A DNA stretch of 64,000 nt, taken from positions 176,638,001 through 176,702,000 of the forward strand of contig OX597817.1 in assembly GCA_951406725.2 (NCBI GenBank), in the 5' to 3' direction. Of the stretch, positions 26,098-38,003 are shown piece by piece. The notes under the pieces were generated by a model that was not told the origin of the DNA, ran no database searches, and saw nothing but the letters and a program-made list of their open reading frames with translations. The DNA is from Octopus vulgaris (lineage: Eukaryota). The position numbers were made by a program, and so were the translations under genes. Position 1 is the stretch's first letter; every line of letters starts with the position of its first letter.

Positions 26098-26301
26098 CAT
26101 ATATATATACATATATAAACAAGTCAAATTGCGATAAAATAAAAATAATTATTATCGCTGGTATTTCTAGCACAAGCCATATATTTTTCATATATCAGTA
26201 CATTAAGGCGAAATATGTGCTAGGAACACAGAAGCTAGATAAATTTAGTGAAAAGAAGATAAAAACATTTACTAACTCGGTTAGTATATATATATATATA
26301 T

Positions 26302-28640
26302 ATTGTTATATTTCGGAATGGTCATATTGCCAGTTTAGCCAATAAAAACACACGCACTATATATTTGGTGTTATTTTGCTTCAGTGTTTTTTATTTTTTA
26401 CATTAATCTTAATCTTATTTCGGCCAGAGTTCTTTCGTCACATTCCTGTGACCGCATCAGTGGTCCTTTGTTTTCTTCTTTCTTATTTGTGTCTCTCCTT
26501 ACTAACCGTCAGCCAGTTTGTATTTGTATTGTATGTTTTCATTTGCGCATGCTTATATCTCTATGTGCGTCTATGTTTATTTAATGTGTGTATGTGCGGG
26601 GATGCCTGTAATATTTGTGTCTTCTCTTTATATACGTTCATGTATATAAATACAACCTCATATCGCCAATACAAGAATAACAACTGTACAGGCGCATGAG
26701 GAGAGAGAAAAGTTCCTCAACTCCCACATGATGATGTGGACAAATTGTTCTGGGACCCCAGAAACGTACAGCAAATAATTTCAAAGCCTGGAACAATGAT
26801 ATCCCGGCACTGTATGGACTTCGCAAGGACCATAAAGTAATTACTGACCCTATAGCAGGACCACCAACAAGACCAGTCTGTGGAGCGAATATCGCTAGCA
26901 ATTACAGAATCTCCTACTTCCTCTCAATGATCATACGCCCTGTAATCCGGATGTCACCTGATGTTTGTGACAGCACAGCAGATCTCCTCAGCAGGATCAA
27001 TGAATGTAACAACACTTGTGACCTGGCAGGATGTATGGTGGGTAGCACGGATGTGGTATCCCTATACCCATCGATCGACGTAGATTTTGCGGTGGAGAAG
27101 TGCGTGGAGATGATCAACGAGAGCCAGGTGGAGTTCCGTAATGTCAACACAGAAGAACTGGGCCTCCTACTTAGACTGACATGTGATAATGAATACTTAG
27201 ATAAACATAATCTTAGTAGTTTCCTCCCAGTAGATGTTTAAGAGGTAGACCGCCCACAATTACTTCTATGACTAGGAAGACACATATAGAAAGATGGCGC
27301 GGATGGACCAGAGCCATACGAGCCCCGCAAATGTCCATCAGGTAAAGAAAATGATCGCACATGCACCAGGAGCTAGTATAAGAGTTACCCTAAAAGGCCA
27401 CACGTTTCAGTTTAATAATAAAATATATGCCAAACCTATGGCCTCAATATACTTGATCCACCGGAACTCAGCCATTGCGGACAATGCCAAATTCAATATT
27501 TTGATGGCAGACCTCGTCAGAATAATGAGAAATGTGTCACGCATGTGCGAGACCACAGAGTTAAAGAGACACATACAATATTTCATTCACCACATGCAGT
27601 TCTCAGGTTACAGCCATAAAGAAAGGATCAGAGTATACAAAGGAGCCATGAAGAAATTTGATAATATATTATGTAATGATAGGAATGGGACTTGCCCACT
27701 CTATAGAAACAAGCCATGGAACACTATAGAAAGGACAAAAAAGAAAATAGAAAGGCCAATTCTTGGTATGATAGCCATAAATACCAGAGTGTCATGTTCG
27801 TTGACACCACCCCTGGAGGTGAACTGGCGTACCGCTTTAGAAGGACCCTAGACAAACTTAAGCAAAGAATTAAGTTGTTGAAAAGCCAGGCTACCCTATG
27901 AAATCTATAATTGGTAGAACCTATCCTTCTAGTAGAACCCCATGTACGGATAAGTAGTGTACTGTATGTAGATTTAGACCAAAAACAAACTGTAAAGCCA
28001 GAAATGTAGTCTATAGTATAAGATGTATAGAGGGACGATGCAGTAACAAGACAACGATATACGTAGGGGAAACGGCAAGAAGCATAGGAGAGCGGGTAAA
28101 TGGCCATTGGAGACAACTCAAGGAAGGTAAAAGCTCATCGATTCTGTACCAACACGCCGAACAGGAACACGGGGGATCAATCAATAACATAGAAATTAAA
28201 ATATTGTCCACACATAGAACAGATGCAACAATTAAACAAATTACAGAAGCTACACACATAATAAAAAATAAACCTAGCCTGAATAGAAAACTAGAATGGA
28301 GCACTAACACACACCACAACGTATCACGATAGAGGATTCCTAAAACATAATAAATACACAGATAAAAAAACAAATAGAAATAAATAACTATATATATATA
28401 TATATATTGATTCGATTTATAATTATTATTACTAGTATTGTTGTTATACATACATACATACATACATACATACAAGCATAGGTAATGATAATAATAAGTG
28501 GATGTAAACACATGAACAAAATAACACCAAATATATAGTGCGTGTGTTTTTATTGGCTAAACTGGCAATATGACCATTCCGAAATATAACAATATCTGTT
28601 TCAACACACGACTTCACATAAAAATTCTTGCACAACAAAT
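26302..28640 (+). mobile_element. Decayed Penelope-like element (Nematis-like RT + GIY-YIG) with inverted terminal segment
   Basis: LYGLRKDHK..PPTRPVC, STDVVSLYPSID, YVGETARSIGER..H; 26302-26378 is the reverse complement of ~28518-28593. Confidence 0.8.
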
Positions 28641-28649
28641 ATTTAAACG

Positions 28650-31600
28650 TCTTTTTGTTTCTCTCTCCCAAGTCAGTAGCAAGCTACACAGCTTCAAAAC
28701 TTAACTGACCTTAAATATATATATATTTGTAACCACGTGTTTGCCTACAAACCCGTAAGTACGTTTTTATTTAACTACAAATTGTTATATACACTTGTTT
28801 TTCTTTTAATGTCTTCAAACTACCAAATAATCAAAAACTCACACCCTTAAGAGAGAACATTTATATATATATACACTTCTTTAACTCCCAAGAAAGAATA
28901 TATATATATCAAAAATCAAAAGAAAAACAAACATGACTAACTTGCAGGCCTGCAACAGACGAAATTGGTCTGATAATGAAATTGATGTTTTAATAAACAC
29001 TTGGTTCTCTCTTCCCCAAACAGAAAATTTTAAATGTTTTATGTTTGAATGAGATTGCCGAAAAAACATCACAAATAATCAACACACGATCCGTCAAACA
29101 GATTCGTAGCAAACTGAAGCATATCGAAGCTTCTTTCAAACTGACAAAAAGCCATTTTGAAAAACTTCTTTATATTTTCACTGTTCAAGAACAGCAACAG
29201 CTAGAAAATCAACAGCCACAACAACAACAACAACAGAATGAGCCAATCCTAGTTCCCAGCACAATAACTGACCCTAACATCGGTCATGCACAACAACAAC
29301 AACAACAGCCACAGCAACAAGAACAACAACAGCCACTCCTCAACTCTAGCATACTAGATGATTCACTAAATGCCAGTATCTTTTCACCGCTCTCACGGCA
29401 ACCACCACAATTATCATCATCATCATCACCACCGCTGCCACCATCGTCTTCTATCACCAAAAATACCAACAAAAAACCAAATAAGAAACCACTGCTCTCT
29501 TCTCCCACATCACCACCTCAATACTACTGCAGTAACAAAAACTTAAAGAAACATATGAAGCAGAATGCGCCCCCCACGGCACAAACAAGAAAACCCAAAA
29601 TATGCCGCTATTCACTGCGCCAGAGACTCTGCACAAATAGTGACTGCATCTTCACGCATCTACCTGGCACTAGACGCACTACCGGCCAAGGCCAAAGCAC
29701 GCATCCCACAATAACATCAACACCACCAAATAGTAAATCGAAATTCAAAACACACACAACTCGGAGTCCCAAAATCTGCCGGTATTCCCAACGTGAGAGA
29801 ATATGTCTGCTGAGTGACTGTCCCTTCACTCATCTTCCAGGGACCCGACGAACAAACAGAAACGGGGCTTCAAGCCAACACACAAACCTGAATAAAAATA
29901 AAAATAAAAACACACCATGCTGCAGTAATGCTGGTCCAGTCTTTTCAGGAAGACACAAAAACAACAACAACAAAAGTGGAAACTACAACCCTATCCAACA
30001 GTGCAACCACACCTCCAGCCAAAAACTGCTCCCTAAGCAGGAAAATTCTTTTTAGCCATGTTGAACATGGCAAAAGAGATACACAAAAATATTCTAGCCA
30101 TCACTCAACACCATCCTATGCTATTACCCCAGTGCACCAATTCCCCACCTTGCTGCCACTAACACACACAAAAAATGCAAGCCCCCTGCAACAGTCAAAA
30201 CCAGCCACTACACTAACCTCCACATTTCTACTCAATGCACAAGGTGTCAGCCCTTCCATCAATGCACAAAAATGGAAGGTCCAATTCGTTGAAGACTGGG
30301 TTGGTAACCATCCACACCACATCCCTTTCTTCATTCTCACTGAAACCCACCTTGACAACTCCCACTTGGAAGCCGAAGTGAGAGTGAAGAATTTCACAAC
30401 CATCCGCGCGGATCGTATCGGCAGAAGGAAGGGTGGAACTGCCATTTTCCTGCATGATTCGTTTACGGCAGATGGAAATAGTATATTCTCCAACGGCTAC
30501 TGTGAATCAGTCACCGTGCACAACAAAGCCAATGACCTGACAGTAATTGGGCTCTATAGGCCGCCCCAAACACCCATACTGTGCTTTAAAGAATGCCTCA
30601 ACAGCATTAAGTGCTTTATTCAACAGTGCCATTCTAGCAACCCACTCATGATGGGAGATTTCAATCTACCCTGTGTTGACTGGACTACAAACTGTTTGAA
30701 ACCAAGCACTCCCGCCTCAACCGCCGACAAAGAAGCAGCAGAGTCACTTTTCGACTTTACGAATGAGTTTTTCTTGTCCCAACTTGTCCTTGCACCAACA
30801 AGACATCAGAAGAACATTTTGGACCTAGTGTTTAGTAACCACACTAACACTATACATAACGTTACAGTGGAAAAAACCCTTCTTTCAGACCATGACATGG
30901 TTCTCTGTAACATGAAGTTCCACCAGCCGAAAGCTAATCCTAGTGACCTCCCTCCAGCCCACCCATTTGACAACATGGACCTCCATAATGCCAACTGGGA
31001 TGCAATCAGGAACGAGCTATCACATGTTGACTGGTCCTTTACACATACACACATCTCCACCAACCATAAAACATCTTGGCAGATCTTTGTAGACACCGTC
31101 ACAGACATATGTGCAAAACACTCCCCACCAAGACCTGTGAACAAAAAGTGCAGAATCCCCCAAAACAGAAAAACCATTATCAGAAAAATAAAAAGAACAA
31201 ACAAAAAAATTAACAAACTAAAGTACTGCCAACAGCAACACACACATTCGACGGCTATCGCACTGCTTGAATCCAAAAAATATAACCTCCAACAATGCAT
31301 GAAGACCCTCATCAATAACCAAAGATCAGCTGAGGAGAAGTGGGCCATTGAAAAAATCAAACTCAACCCCAAAGTGTTCTTTTCATTTGCGAGGAAACGC
31401 AGGGTCACTGTCTCCATTGTTGGCCCTCTAATTGATGAAACTGGCACTCTCCAAGATAATGCCAAATCCATGGCCGAGATACTGCAGAAACAATACTGCT
31501 CTGTTTTCAGCAATCTTGGTATGGCCGATCTGGGCTGTATCAGTGATGTCAACCCCCAACACACTATATTCAACATAACGTTTAGTGCCCCTGATGTCAT

Positions 31601-33250
31601 AGCGGCGATAAACGAAATAAAACATAATTCAGCAGTAGGCCCCGATAGGTTCCCTGCTTGTGTCCTGAAGGTGTGTCGACACCAACTTGCATCTCCCCTT
31701 GCTAATCTGTGGAGAAACTCACTGGATGCTGGCTATATTCCAAAAAACCTTCTGTCCCAGTCTGTTGTCCCAGTTTTCAAAAAGGAAACAAGTCCCTTGC
31801 AGTGAACTACCGTCCGATCTCACTCACCTCTCATATCATCAAGGTATTTGAGAGGGTGGTGAGATCTCGAATAACCCAATTTCTGGAAAGCAACAGACGG
31901 CTGATCTCTAACCAACATGGGTTCCGTAATGGAAGGGACTGCCTAACGCAGCTCCTGCATCACTTTGATGACATTTTGAGAGCTTTGGGAGAGGGCTCCA
32001 ACACCGATGTCATCTACCTTGATTTCAGTAAGGCCTTCGACAGGGTTGATCACAAGATCCTATTGAAAAACCTATCCAACATTGGTGTCTCTGGAAAGTT
32101 ACTGAAATGGATCAAGTGTTTCCTGACAGACAGATCTCAACATAGCGTAGTTGAAGGGGTAAAATCAAGCCCAGCCAAAGTCAGTAGTGGCGTTCCGCAA
32201 GGCACTGTGCTGGGCCCACTTCTTTTCATCATCTACATTAATGACATTAATGACATCATCAAGCACAGCAACATAAAAATCTTTGCAGATGATTCCAAGC
32301 TACAGAATGTCATAAATGAGGCGAGTGGCCGGACATGCCTTCAGTCAGATCTACTGGCTGTTATCCAATGGGCACAAAAAAACAATATGCTGCTGAACGA
32401 GGATAAATTTGAGTTAATCCACTTTGGAAAAGAGGATGCCCTGAAACTCCCATACTCCCTTCCTTCAGGTGAAACTCTCGCGGCTTCCAACAACATCAGA
32501 GACTTGGGAGTAATTGTGGACAACAACATAAGCTGGGCCACTCATATAAACACCAAAGTTGACATGTCCCGCAGAATGTGTTCCTGGATTCTCAGAACTT
32601 TCCAGTCGAGAGATATCCACACCATTATCCTTCTCTTCTCCACTTTTGCCCGACCCCACCTTGAATACTGTTGTCCACTGTGGTCTCCCCACACAATACA
32701 AAGTATCATAAAAGTTGAAGCACCTCAAAGGGCAATCACAAAAAAGATAGATGGCATGACAGGCCTCGACTATTGGGGTCGACTAGAAAAGCTAAAACTT
32801 TATTCTCTCCAACGTCGTCGTGAGCGCTACATCATCTGCATGATGTGGAAAATATTCCATCAGCATTGCCCAAATGATGTTGGCATCACCTTTAAGGTAC
32901 ATCCAAGGCTTGGGCCCCGTGCCATCCGCCCAAAACAAAAATCGCACTCTCATCTCATAACAACAACACGGCACAATTATTTCACCTCAATTGGCCCCGC
33001 TCTCTTTAACATTACACCAAAACACATTAAAACAGAAACTGACCCTATAGGGTTCAAGAAGTCTTTGGACAGATTCCTTCAAGAAATCCCGGATAAACCC
33101 CCTACACCCGGATATGTCTCTGTAAACAATAACTCTCTACTTGAGTGGGCCATAGTGCCCAAATTCTGACTTGAAAGACTTCACCAGGTGGTGCTATTAA
33201 GTTAGACATGGCCTGGGCCAATAATGGCCGAAACCTATTAAAGTATCAAA

Positions 33251-33252
<2 letters not shown>
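28650..33252 (+). mobile_element. Apparently full-length CR1-like LINE
   Basis: ORF1 29045-30055; ORF2 APE+RT split by one frameshift ~31780 (LTETHL, GDFN, SDH, YRPISL, PQG, FADD, LQRRRERY); 3' stem-loop and aaagtat tail repeat. Confidence 0.9.
29045..30055 (+). CDS. LINE ORF1: Q-rich, two CCCH zinc fingers
   Basis: CRYSLRQRLCTNSDCIFTH and CRYSQRERICLLSDCPFTH; true start codon uncertain. Confidence 0.75.
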   Translation: MNEIAEKTSQIINTRSVKQIRSKLKHIEASFKLTKSHFEKLLYIFTVQEQQQLENQQPQQQQQQNEPILVPSTITDPNIGHAQQQQQQPQQQEQQQPLLNSSILDDSLNASIFSPLSRQPPQLSSSSSPPLPPSSSITKNTNKKPNKKPLLSSPTSPPQYYCSNKNLKKHMKQNAPPTAQTRKPKICRYSLRQRLCTNSDCIFTHLPGTRRTTGQGQSTHPTITSTPPNSKSKFKTHTTRSPKICRYSQRERICLLSDCPFTHLPGTRRTNRNGASSQHTNLNKNKNKNTPCCSNAGPVFSGRHKNNNNKSGNYNPIQQCNHTSSQKLLPKQENSF

Positions 33253-33309
<57 letters not shown>

Positions 33310-33316
33310 TACATAC

Positions 33317-33356
<40 letters not shown>

Positions 33357-33477
33357 TATATACATACATACATAGAGTCATACATATATGTTAGTTAGTT
33401 AGTTATTTAGTTAATTTGGCTCAAAAGCAAATAGCAAGGCCATGTAGGGGGACATGGAGTTAAGTACAGGGTGGTGT

Positions 33478-36366
33478 TCATGTAAAGAGTTCAGGCCACT
33501 TGAGGTCCAGGGAGGCTTTGAACAAAGCGGTCGTCGGCATCTTCACCATCTCATCTGGCAGCTTGTTCCACGGATCCGCAACCCGGACGGAGAAAGCTCC
33601 TCTCCTTCGATTGAGATGAAATCGTCGCAGGTAGAGCTTTTCGGAATGACCCCGCAGCCGACGCTCCGGAGCAGGAGTGAAGAACAGCTCTTTCGAGAGG
33701 TTACACTTCCCGCTTATGATGTTGTGGGCGAGAATGAGATCACCACGGCGGCGGCGTTTTTCAAGAGAATAAAGGTCGAGCGTCCTCAGCCTTTCTTCGT
33801 AGGACAAATTTTTGAGACCATGAACCAGGCGGGTAGCCAGCCTCTGGACTCTTTCGAGGTGCTGTATGTCTTTGAGGAGATAAGGAGAAGAGGCTTGAAT
33901 CCCATACTCCAATATGGGTCTCACCAGCGTGACATAGAGTGGCAGGAATATGGCTGCTGTGAGCACTCCGAATGGACGTCGAATCAAAAACAGAATTCCG
34001 TGCGCTTTGTTGGCAGCATGGACGCACTGGGCCGAAGGCGAAAAGGAGGAATCCACCAAGATACCCAGGTCTTTTACCTGATCGGTTCTCTCCAGCAGCA
34101 GACGACCCGGCTCGAAATCAAGTTGAGTTGCAGGAGTAGAGCCGACAGGCAGATGACAGCACTTTGACACGTTCAGACACAGGTCCCAATCGTTAGACCA
34201 CTTCCAAATTTGGTGGAGGCATCGACGAAGATCCTCTATACTACCGCGAGGAGCGACCAGTTTGATATCGTCGGCAAATAGAAGGGTGTGTTGCGTGAGG
34301 TCGTCGGGCAAGTCATTTATGAAGACTAAGAACAACAAGGGCCCAAGCACTGAACCTTGAGGCACGCCACTGCTCGCACTGGAGACGTCGGACCGCGAAC
34401 CATTAACTTGAACTTGGAAGGAGTGATCTGAGAGGAAGGCACCAACCCATCGTACAATATCCGGATGGAAACTATATGCTTGAAGCTTGACAAGTAGTAG
34501 GCGGTGGTTTACCGAGTCAAAAGCTTTGGCAAAGTCCAATAAAACGATGTCAACAGCATCACTATCATCGAGGATGCGCGTCACCAATTCTTCCATTACT
34601 AGTAAGTTGGTCAAGCATGATCTCTTCGGCACGAAGCCGTGTTGGGAATCAGTGATCGAGGCTGTGCTTAGGAGGTGGAGCATCATACTTTTCTTAAGGA
34701 TGGTTTCGAACATCTTGCTGATTATTGATGTAAGGGAAACCGGTCGGTAGTTAAGCGGGTCTTCGCGGCTCCCTTTCTTGAAAATTGGGCAGATTATCGC
34801 TGTTCTCCAGTCTGCAGGTATAACACCCGTCGCCAATGACATATTGAATAGTCGTGTTAAGGGCTCACAGATGACCGGAGCCAACGCTTTGATAACCCGT
34901 GGGTGTATGCCGTCAGGGCCGTGACCCTTGTTGACATCGAGGCCTTGAATAACACGTTTGACTTGGTCCCGCGTGATGATCAATCGAAGCATTGGAGGTA
35001 CCGATCTATCAAATGGAGGGGGTTCACGACCATCATCTTGTTTGAAAATAGTTGAAAAAGCCTCGGCAAATAATTGACTCTGTTGATAAGGGTCCTCAAT
35101 CGATACGCCTGTTGAGTCTACCAATGTTACAATCTGGTTGTTCAAGCGGGAATTCCGCTGGACATGGGCAAAAAAGGTTTTTGGATTGCTACTGGCATTT
35201 GCCGCGATTTTGTATTCATAACTGAAGCGTTCTTTCTTTTCAATTTTCACGGCTCGGTCTCGTTGAGTTTTGTACACCTCAAAAGATGCAGTCGAATCCA
35301 GATTTTTGAATTCAGCCCAAGCAATATCTCTGAGTCGACGTTCTCGTTTAACCTTCTTCGTCACCCAGGGCTTGTGTTTCTTCCTCTTGGGAAGTCCAAC
35401 GGGAACTGCCTGGTCAGTCAAACAGATTACATATGCTTTGAGGGATGACCATAGTTCGTCAACTGAGGACAACGTCATCAGGGAACGCCAGTCCAGAAGC
35501 GCGGAAGCCTCGGTTAGAATTTCAAGATTAATTGCCGAGAAGACTCTACGTGGCAGCGAAGTAATCGTGGGCGTGGAAAAAGTTGTGTGCATGACGAACT
35601 TCAGGACCGCATGATCACTCTTGGCAAGAGGGGCGCACACAGATACGTCTGACACTGATCTTGGATAGCGGGAGAATACCAGATCTAGCATAGATGGCTG
35701 CTGCCCAGACCGATGCCTTGTCGGATATTCAACATGTTGCGATAGAAAACAATCTTCAGCCACGTCAAGAAGGGCCTGGCCGAACCGGGAAGATGTTGTA
35801 CAAATTGATGCGGGCCAATCGATCATGGGAGCGTTGAAGTCGCCTAGTACCAAGCAGTCATGCGAAGCTGAAACGAATCTTATCGCCTCGAGTAGATGAG
35901 CATCGTCCTGGGGGTCGGCAAGAGGCGGCCTGTAGACAGCCAACACGGGCAGGCAAAACTCAGATAGGCTCAGCTTGCAATAGACGGCATCGAATTTGGT
36001 TGTAGGTTGAGCATTAGTGGGTAGAATACCGCAGGACGGTTTGTGCTCAGACTTAACATACACAGCAACACCTCCACCTCGCCTTTTTCCTCTGTCACAT
36101 CTGAAAAGGACGTAGCCCTGCAGGTGGATCTCTGAGTCCTTTACTGCTGGAGTCAGCCAAGTCTCGGTGATAGCTATCACATCAGGGGAGTCGCGTAGGG
36201 CCAGTGTAAATAGTTCACTGAACTTTGGGAATAAGGAGCACGAGTTGGTGTAGACGATGCTGAGCTGTGAAGTCTGAGGGGCGGGAGTTGGGGAACAAGC
36301 AGAATAAAGGGCATCAGAGATAGCATCGTTGACGGGGGTATCAACTTCACTTCGATTTGCCCTCAC
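33478..36366 (-). CDS. LINE ORF2: APE endonuclease + reverse transcriptase (962 aa, uninterrupted)
   Basis: ITETWL, GDFN, SDH, YRPVSL, DFAKAFD, PQGSVLGP, FADD, RRRRGD, RGH motifs. Confidence 0.9.
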   Translation of the reverse strand: MRANRSEVDTPVNDAISDALYSACSPTPAPQTSQLSIVYTNSCSLFPKFSELFTLALRDSPDVIAITETWLTPAVKDSEIHLQGYVLFRCDRGKRRGGGVAVYVKSEHKPSCGILPTNAQPTTKFDAVYCKLSLSEFCLPVLAVYRPPLADPQDDAHLLEAIRFVSASHDCLVLGDFNAPMIDWPASICTTSSRFGQALLDVAEDCFLSQHVEYPTRHRSGQQPSMLDLVFSRYPRSVSDVSVCAPLAKSDHAVLKFVMHTTFSTPTITSLPRRVFSAINLEILTEASALLDWRSLMTLSSVDELWSSLKAYVICLTDQAVPVGLPKRKKHKPWVTKKVKRERRLRDIAWAEFKNLDSTASFEVYKTQRDRAVKIEKKERFSYEYKIAANASSNPKTFFAHVQRNSRLNNQIVTLVDSTGVSIEDPYQQSQLFAEAFSTIFKQDDGREPPPFDRSVPPMLRLIITRDQVKRVIQGLDVNKGHGPDGIHPRVIKALAPVICEPLTRLFNMSLATGVIPADWRTAIICPIFKKGSREDPLNYRPVSLTSIISKMFETILKKSMMLHLLSTASITDSQHGFVPKRSCLTNLLVMEELVTRILDDSDAVDIVLLDFAKAFDSVNHRLLLVKLQAYSFHPDIVRWVGAFLSDHSFQVQVNGSRSDVSSASSGVPQGSVLGPLLFLVFINDLPDDLTQHTLLFADDIKLVAPRGSIEDLRRCLHQIWKWSNDWDLCLNVSKCCHLPVGSTPATQLDFEPGRLLLERTDQVKDLGILVDSSFSPSAQCVHAANKAHGILFLIRRPFGVLTAAIFLPLYVTLVRPILEYGIQASSPYLLKDIQHLERVQRLATRLVHGLKNLSYEERLRTLDLYSLEKRRRRGDLILAHNIISGKCNLSKELFFTPAPERRLRGHSEKLYLRRFHLNRRRGAFSVRVADPWNKLPDEMVKMPTTALFKASLDLKWPELFT

Positions 36367-36941
36367 ATCACTTTCCCTGTCAGCACTACAGCATGGGACC
36401 AGAGGTAGGACTTGATTATCTGTCCATCTTCGATTCGTAAACCCTTCTCTCCCATTTGTTTCCTCATCTTTAGCTCGGATATCAGGTTCCTCCGGCGAAT
36501 TCTCTCTCTTAGTGAGTATTCCTCGCGAAAACCCATATTGGGGTCCTCCCAGGCATGCGTCTGAGCTCTGTTCAGAAAGACTGAAGCCTCCCGATCAGAA
36601 GAAAAGATTACCCTTATTGGGCGTGGTCTAGTATCTGCGGTTGGGTTCGCTTGGAATCTTCCTAGCCGAGCGACCTTAAGAACACTGACATTTTCGTTCA
36701 CAGAGAACAATTTTCCAACCAAAATGGAAACAAAATTAATGTCATCTTTTAGGCGGTTTATGCCTGTATCACAGGTGGATTCCGCTTTGCCATATATTAT
36801 TGCCGATCTTGAGTGGGCAAAAAGTTCTCTACTATGAGCTGCGGTATTCGATTCTTCGTTGGAGGATTTCGAAAGGGTGGTTTCATAGCCATCGGACTTA
36901 TGTCGGCCTGTGGGGTTGATCGGAATGGATTTAGTGGTCAT
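36363..36941 (-). CDS. LINE ORF1 (possibly 5'-truncated)
   Basis: IIYG..E, ARLG, RPRPIRVIF motifs typical of CR1/L2-type ORF1; overlaps ORF2 by 4 nt. Confidence 0.7.
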   Translation of the reverse strand: MTTKSIPINPTGRHKSDGYETTLSKSSNEESNTAAHSRELFAHSRSAIIYGKAESTCDTGINRLKDDINFVSILVGKLFSVNENVSVLKVARLGRFQANPTADTRPRPIRVIFSSDREASVFLNRAQTHAWEDPNMGFREEYSLRERIRRRNLISELKMRKQMGEKGLRIEDGQIIKSYLWSHAVVLTGKVM

Positions 36942-37670
36942 AATTTTCCCGCCTGGTTTGGAACTGCATATACATATATAATTTGAGAGAGAGTGGGAGA
37001 GATAGATAGATACGTATATTTATGTTACCCTGGCAATATCACAAGAAGGCTGTTGTATTCGTCAATACATACTTATGCTTGCGCGCGGGCTCGCGTCTTT
37101 TTGTATGTGTGTGTGTGTGTATATGTCTATCTATCTATCTAACTGACTAGCTAAACTAACTAACTAACTTAACTAACTAACTAACTATCTGTCTATCCCT
37201 GTCCTTTTGCTAACTTCTGTAACAATCGCTACATCCTTGTACATGGATAAGAGATCTAGTTTTGTTTTAAATCCACCTAAACGCAACCCAAATTGGTCTT
37301 TCAGTCCTTTGTGGTACTTTGTAGTCCTTTGTAGTAATTTGAGCCGATACCTGTTCTATGTCTGTCTCGTTCTTTGATATATTGTACGTAAACTTAGATC
37401 ATATATATGTATGTACGTGTGTGTATTATATATGTATGTATTATATACGCATGCATGACTAAGTTTCTTAAATGTACAGTGTAGGTATTTTGTTTTTCGC
37501 TGATCTTAAGGTTTATGTTAACACCCGATGGTCATCTGATTACCACAACTGTTATCACTGGGACATTCCACAACTAATTCTTCCTCTTATGAGTGGCGAA
37601 GTTTTCTGTCGTAACGTTGGCTCTTAGTATGTATGCATGTATTATATTCAGATACATATATGTATGTCTT

Positions 37671-37737
<67 letters not shown>

Positions 37738-37739
37738 CC

Positions 37740-37846
37740 TGCTCGCTTAGCCAGCGGGGTGGCGTCATTTGGAAGCTAAAACTAAGCGAAGTGAATTGTG
37801 AGCAGCGATGTGTAGCAGCATCTGGTTGCCTTGTCCGTCACGTGAT

Positions 37847-37855
<9 letters not shown>
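37740..37855 (+). mobile_element. SINE 3' tail (RTE-like), ending cacgtgatcacgtga
   Basis: Copies at 44261-44377 (-) and 58853-58968 (+); similar to the RTE 3' end at 49695-49765. Confidence 0.6.
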
Positions 37856-37881
<26 letters not shown>

Positions 37882-37912
37882 CGCGAGAAAGAAGCAACAA
37901 GAATGGATAGGT

Positions 37913-38003
37913 TTTTAGTACAATCGTTTCATACAAGGACAGGCTTTATTAAAAGTTGCAAAAATTACAGCATATAAACGTGTCCTGTACTCATCAGCTA
38001 AAA
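37913..38003 (-). ncRNA. Type I hammerhead ribozyme (downstream pLTR)
   Basis: Stem I ttttag/ctaaaa; CTGATGA; stem II gtacaggac..gtccttgtat; GAAA; stem III cgattg; GUA. Confidence 0.85.

Larger units (their letters stand above)
33390..36968 (-). mobile_element. CR1-like LINE with intact ORF2 and (AACT)n tail
   Basis: ORF1 36363-36941 (RLG..RPRPIRV), ORF2 33478-36366; ttag repeats at 33390-33415. Confidence 0.92.

Noticed and set aside
26163-26226. tttctagcaca...ggcgaaatatgtgctaggaa as a hammerhead
   Set aside because: No CUGANGA core; at most a degenerate relic or a small inverted repeat.
33454-35614. Plus-strand ORFs opposite LINE ORF2 (and similar antisense ORFs elsewhere)
   Set aside because: Antisense shadows of RT coding sequence.
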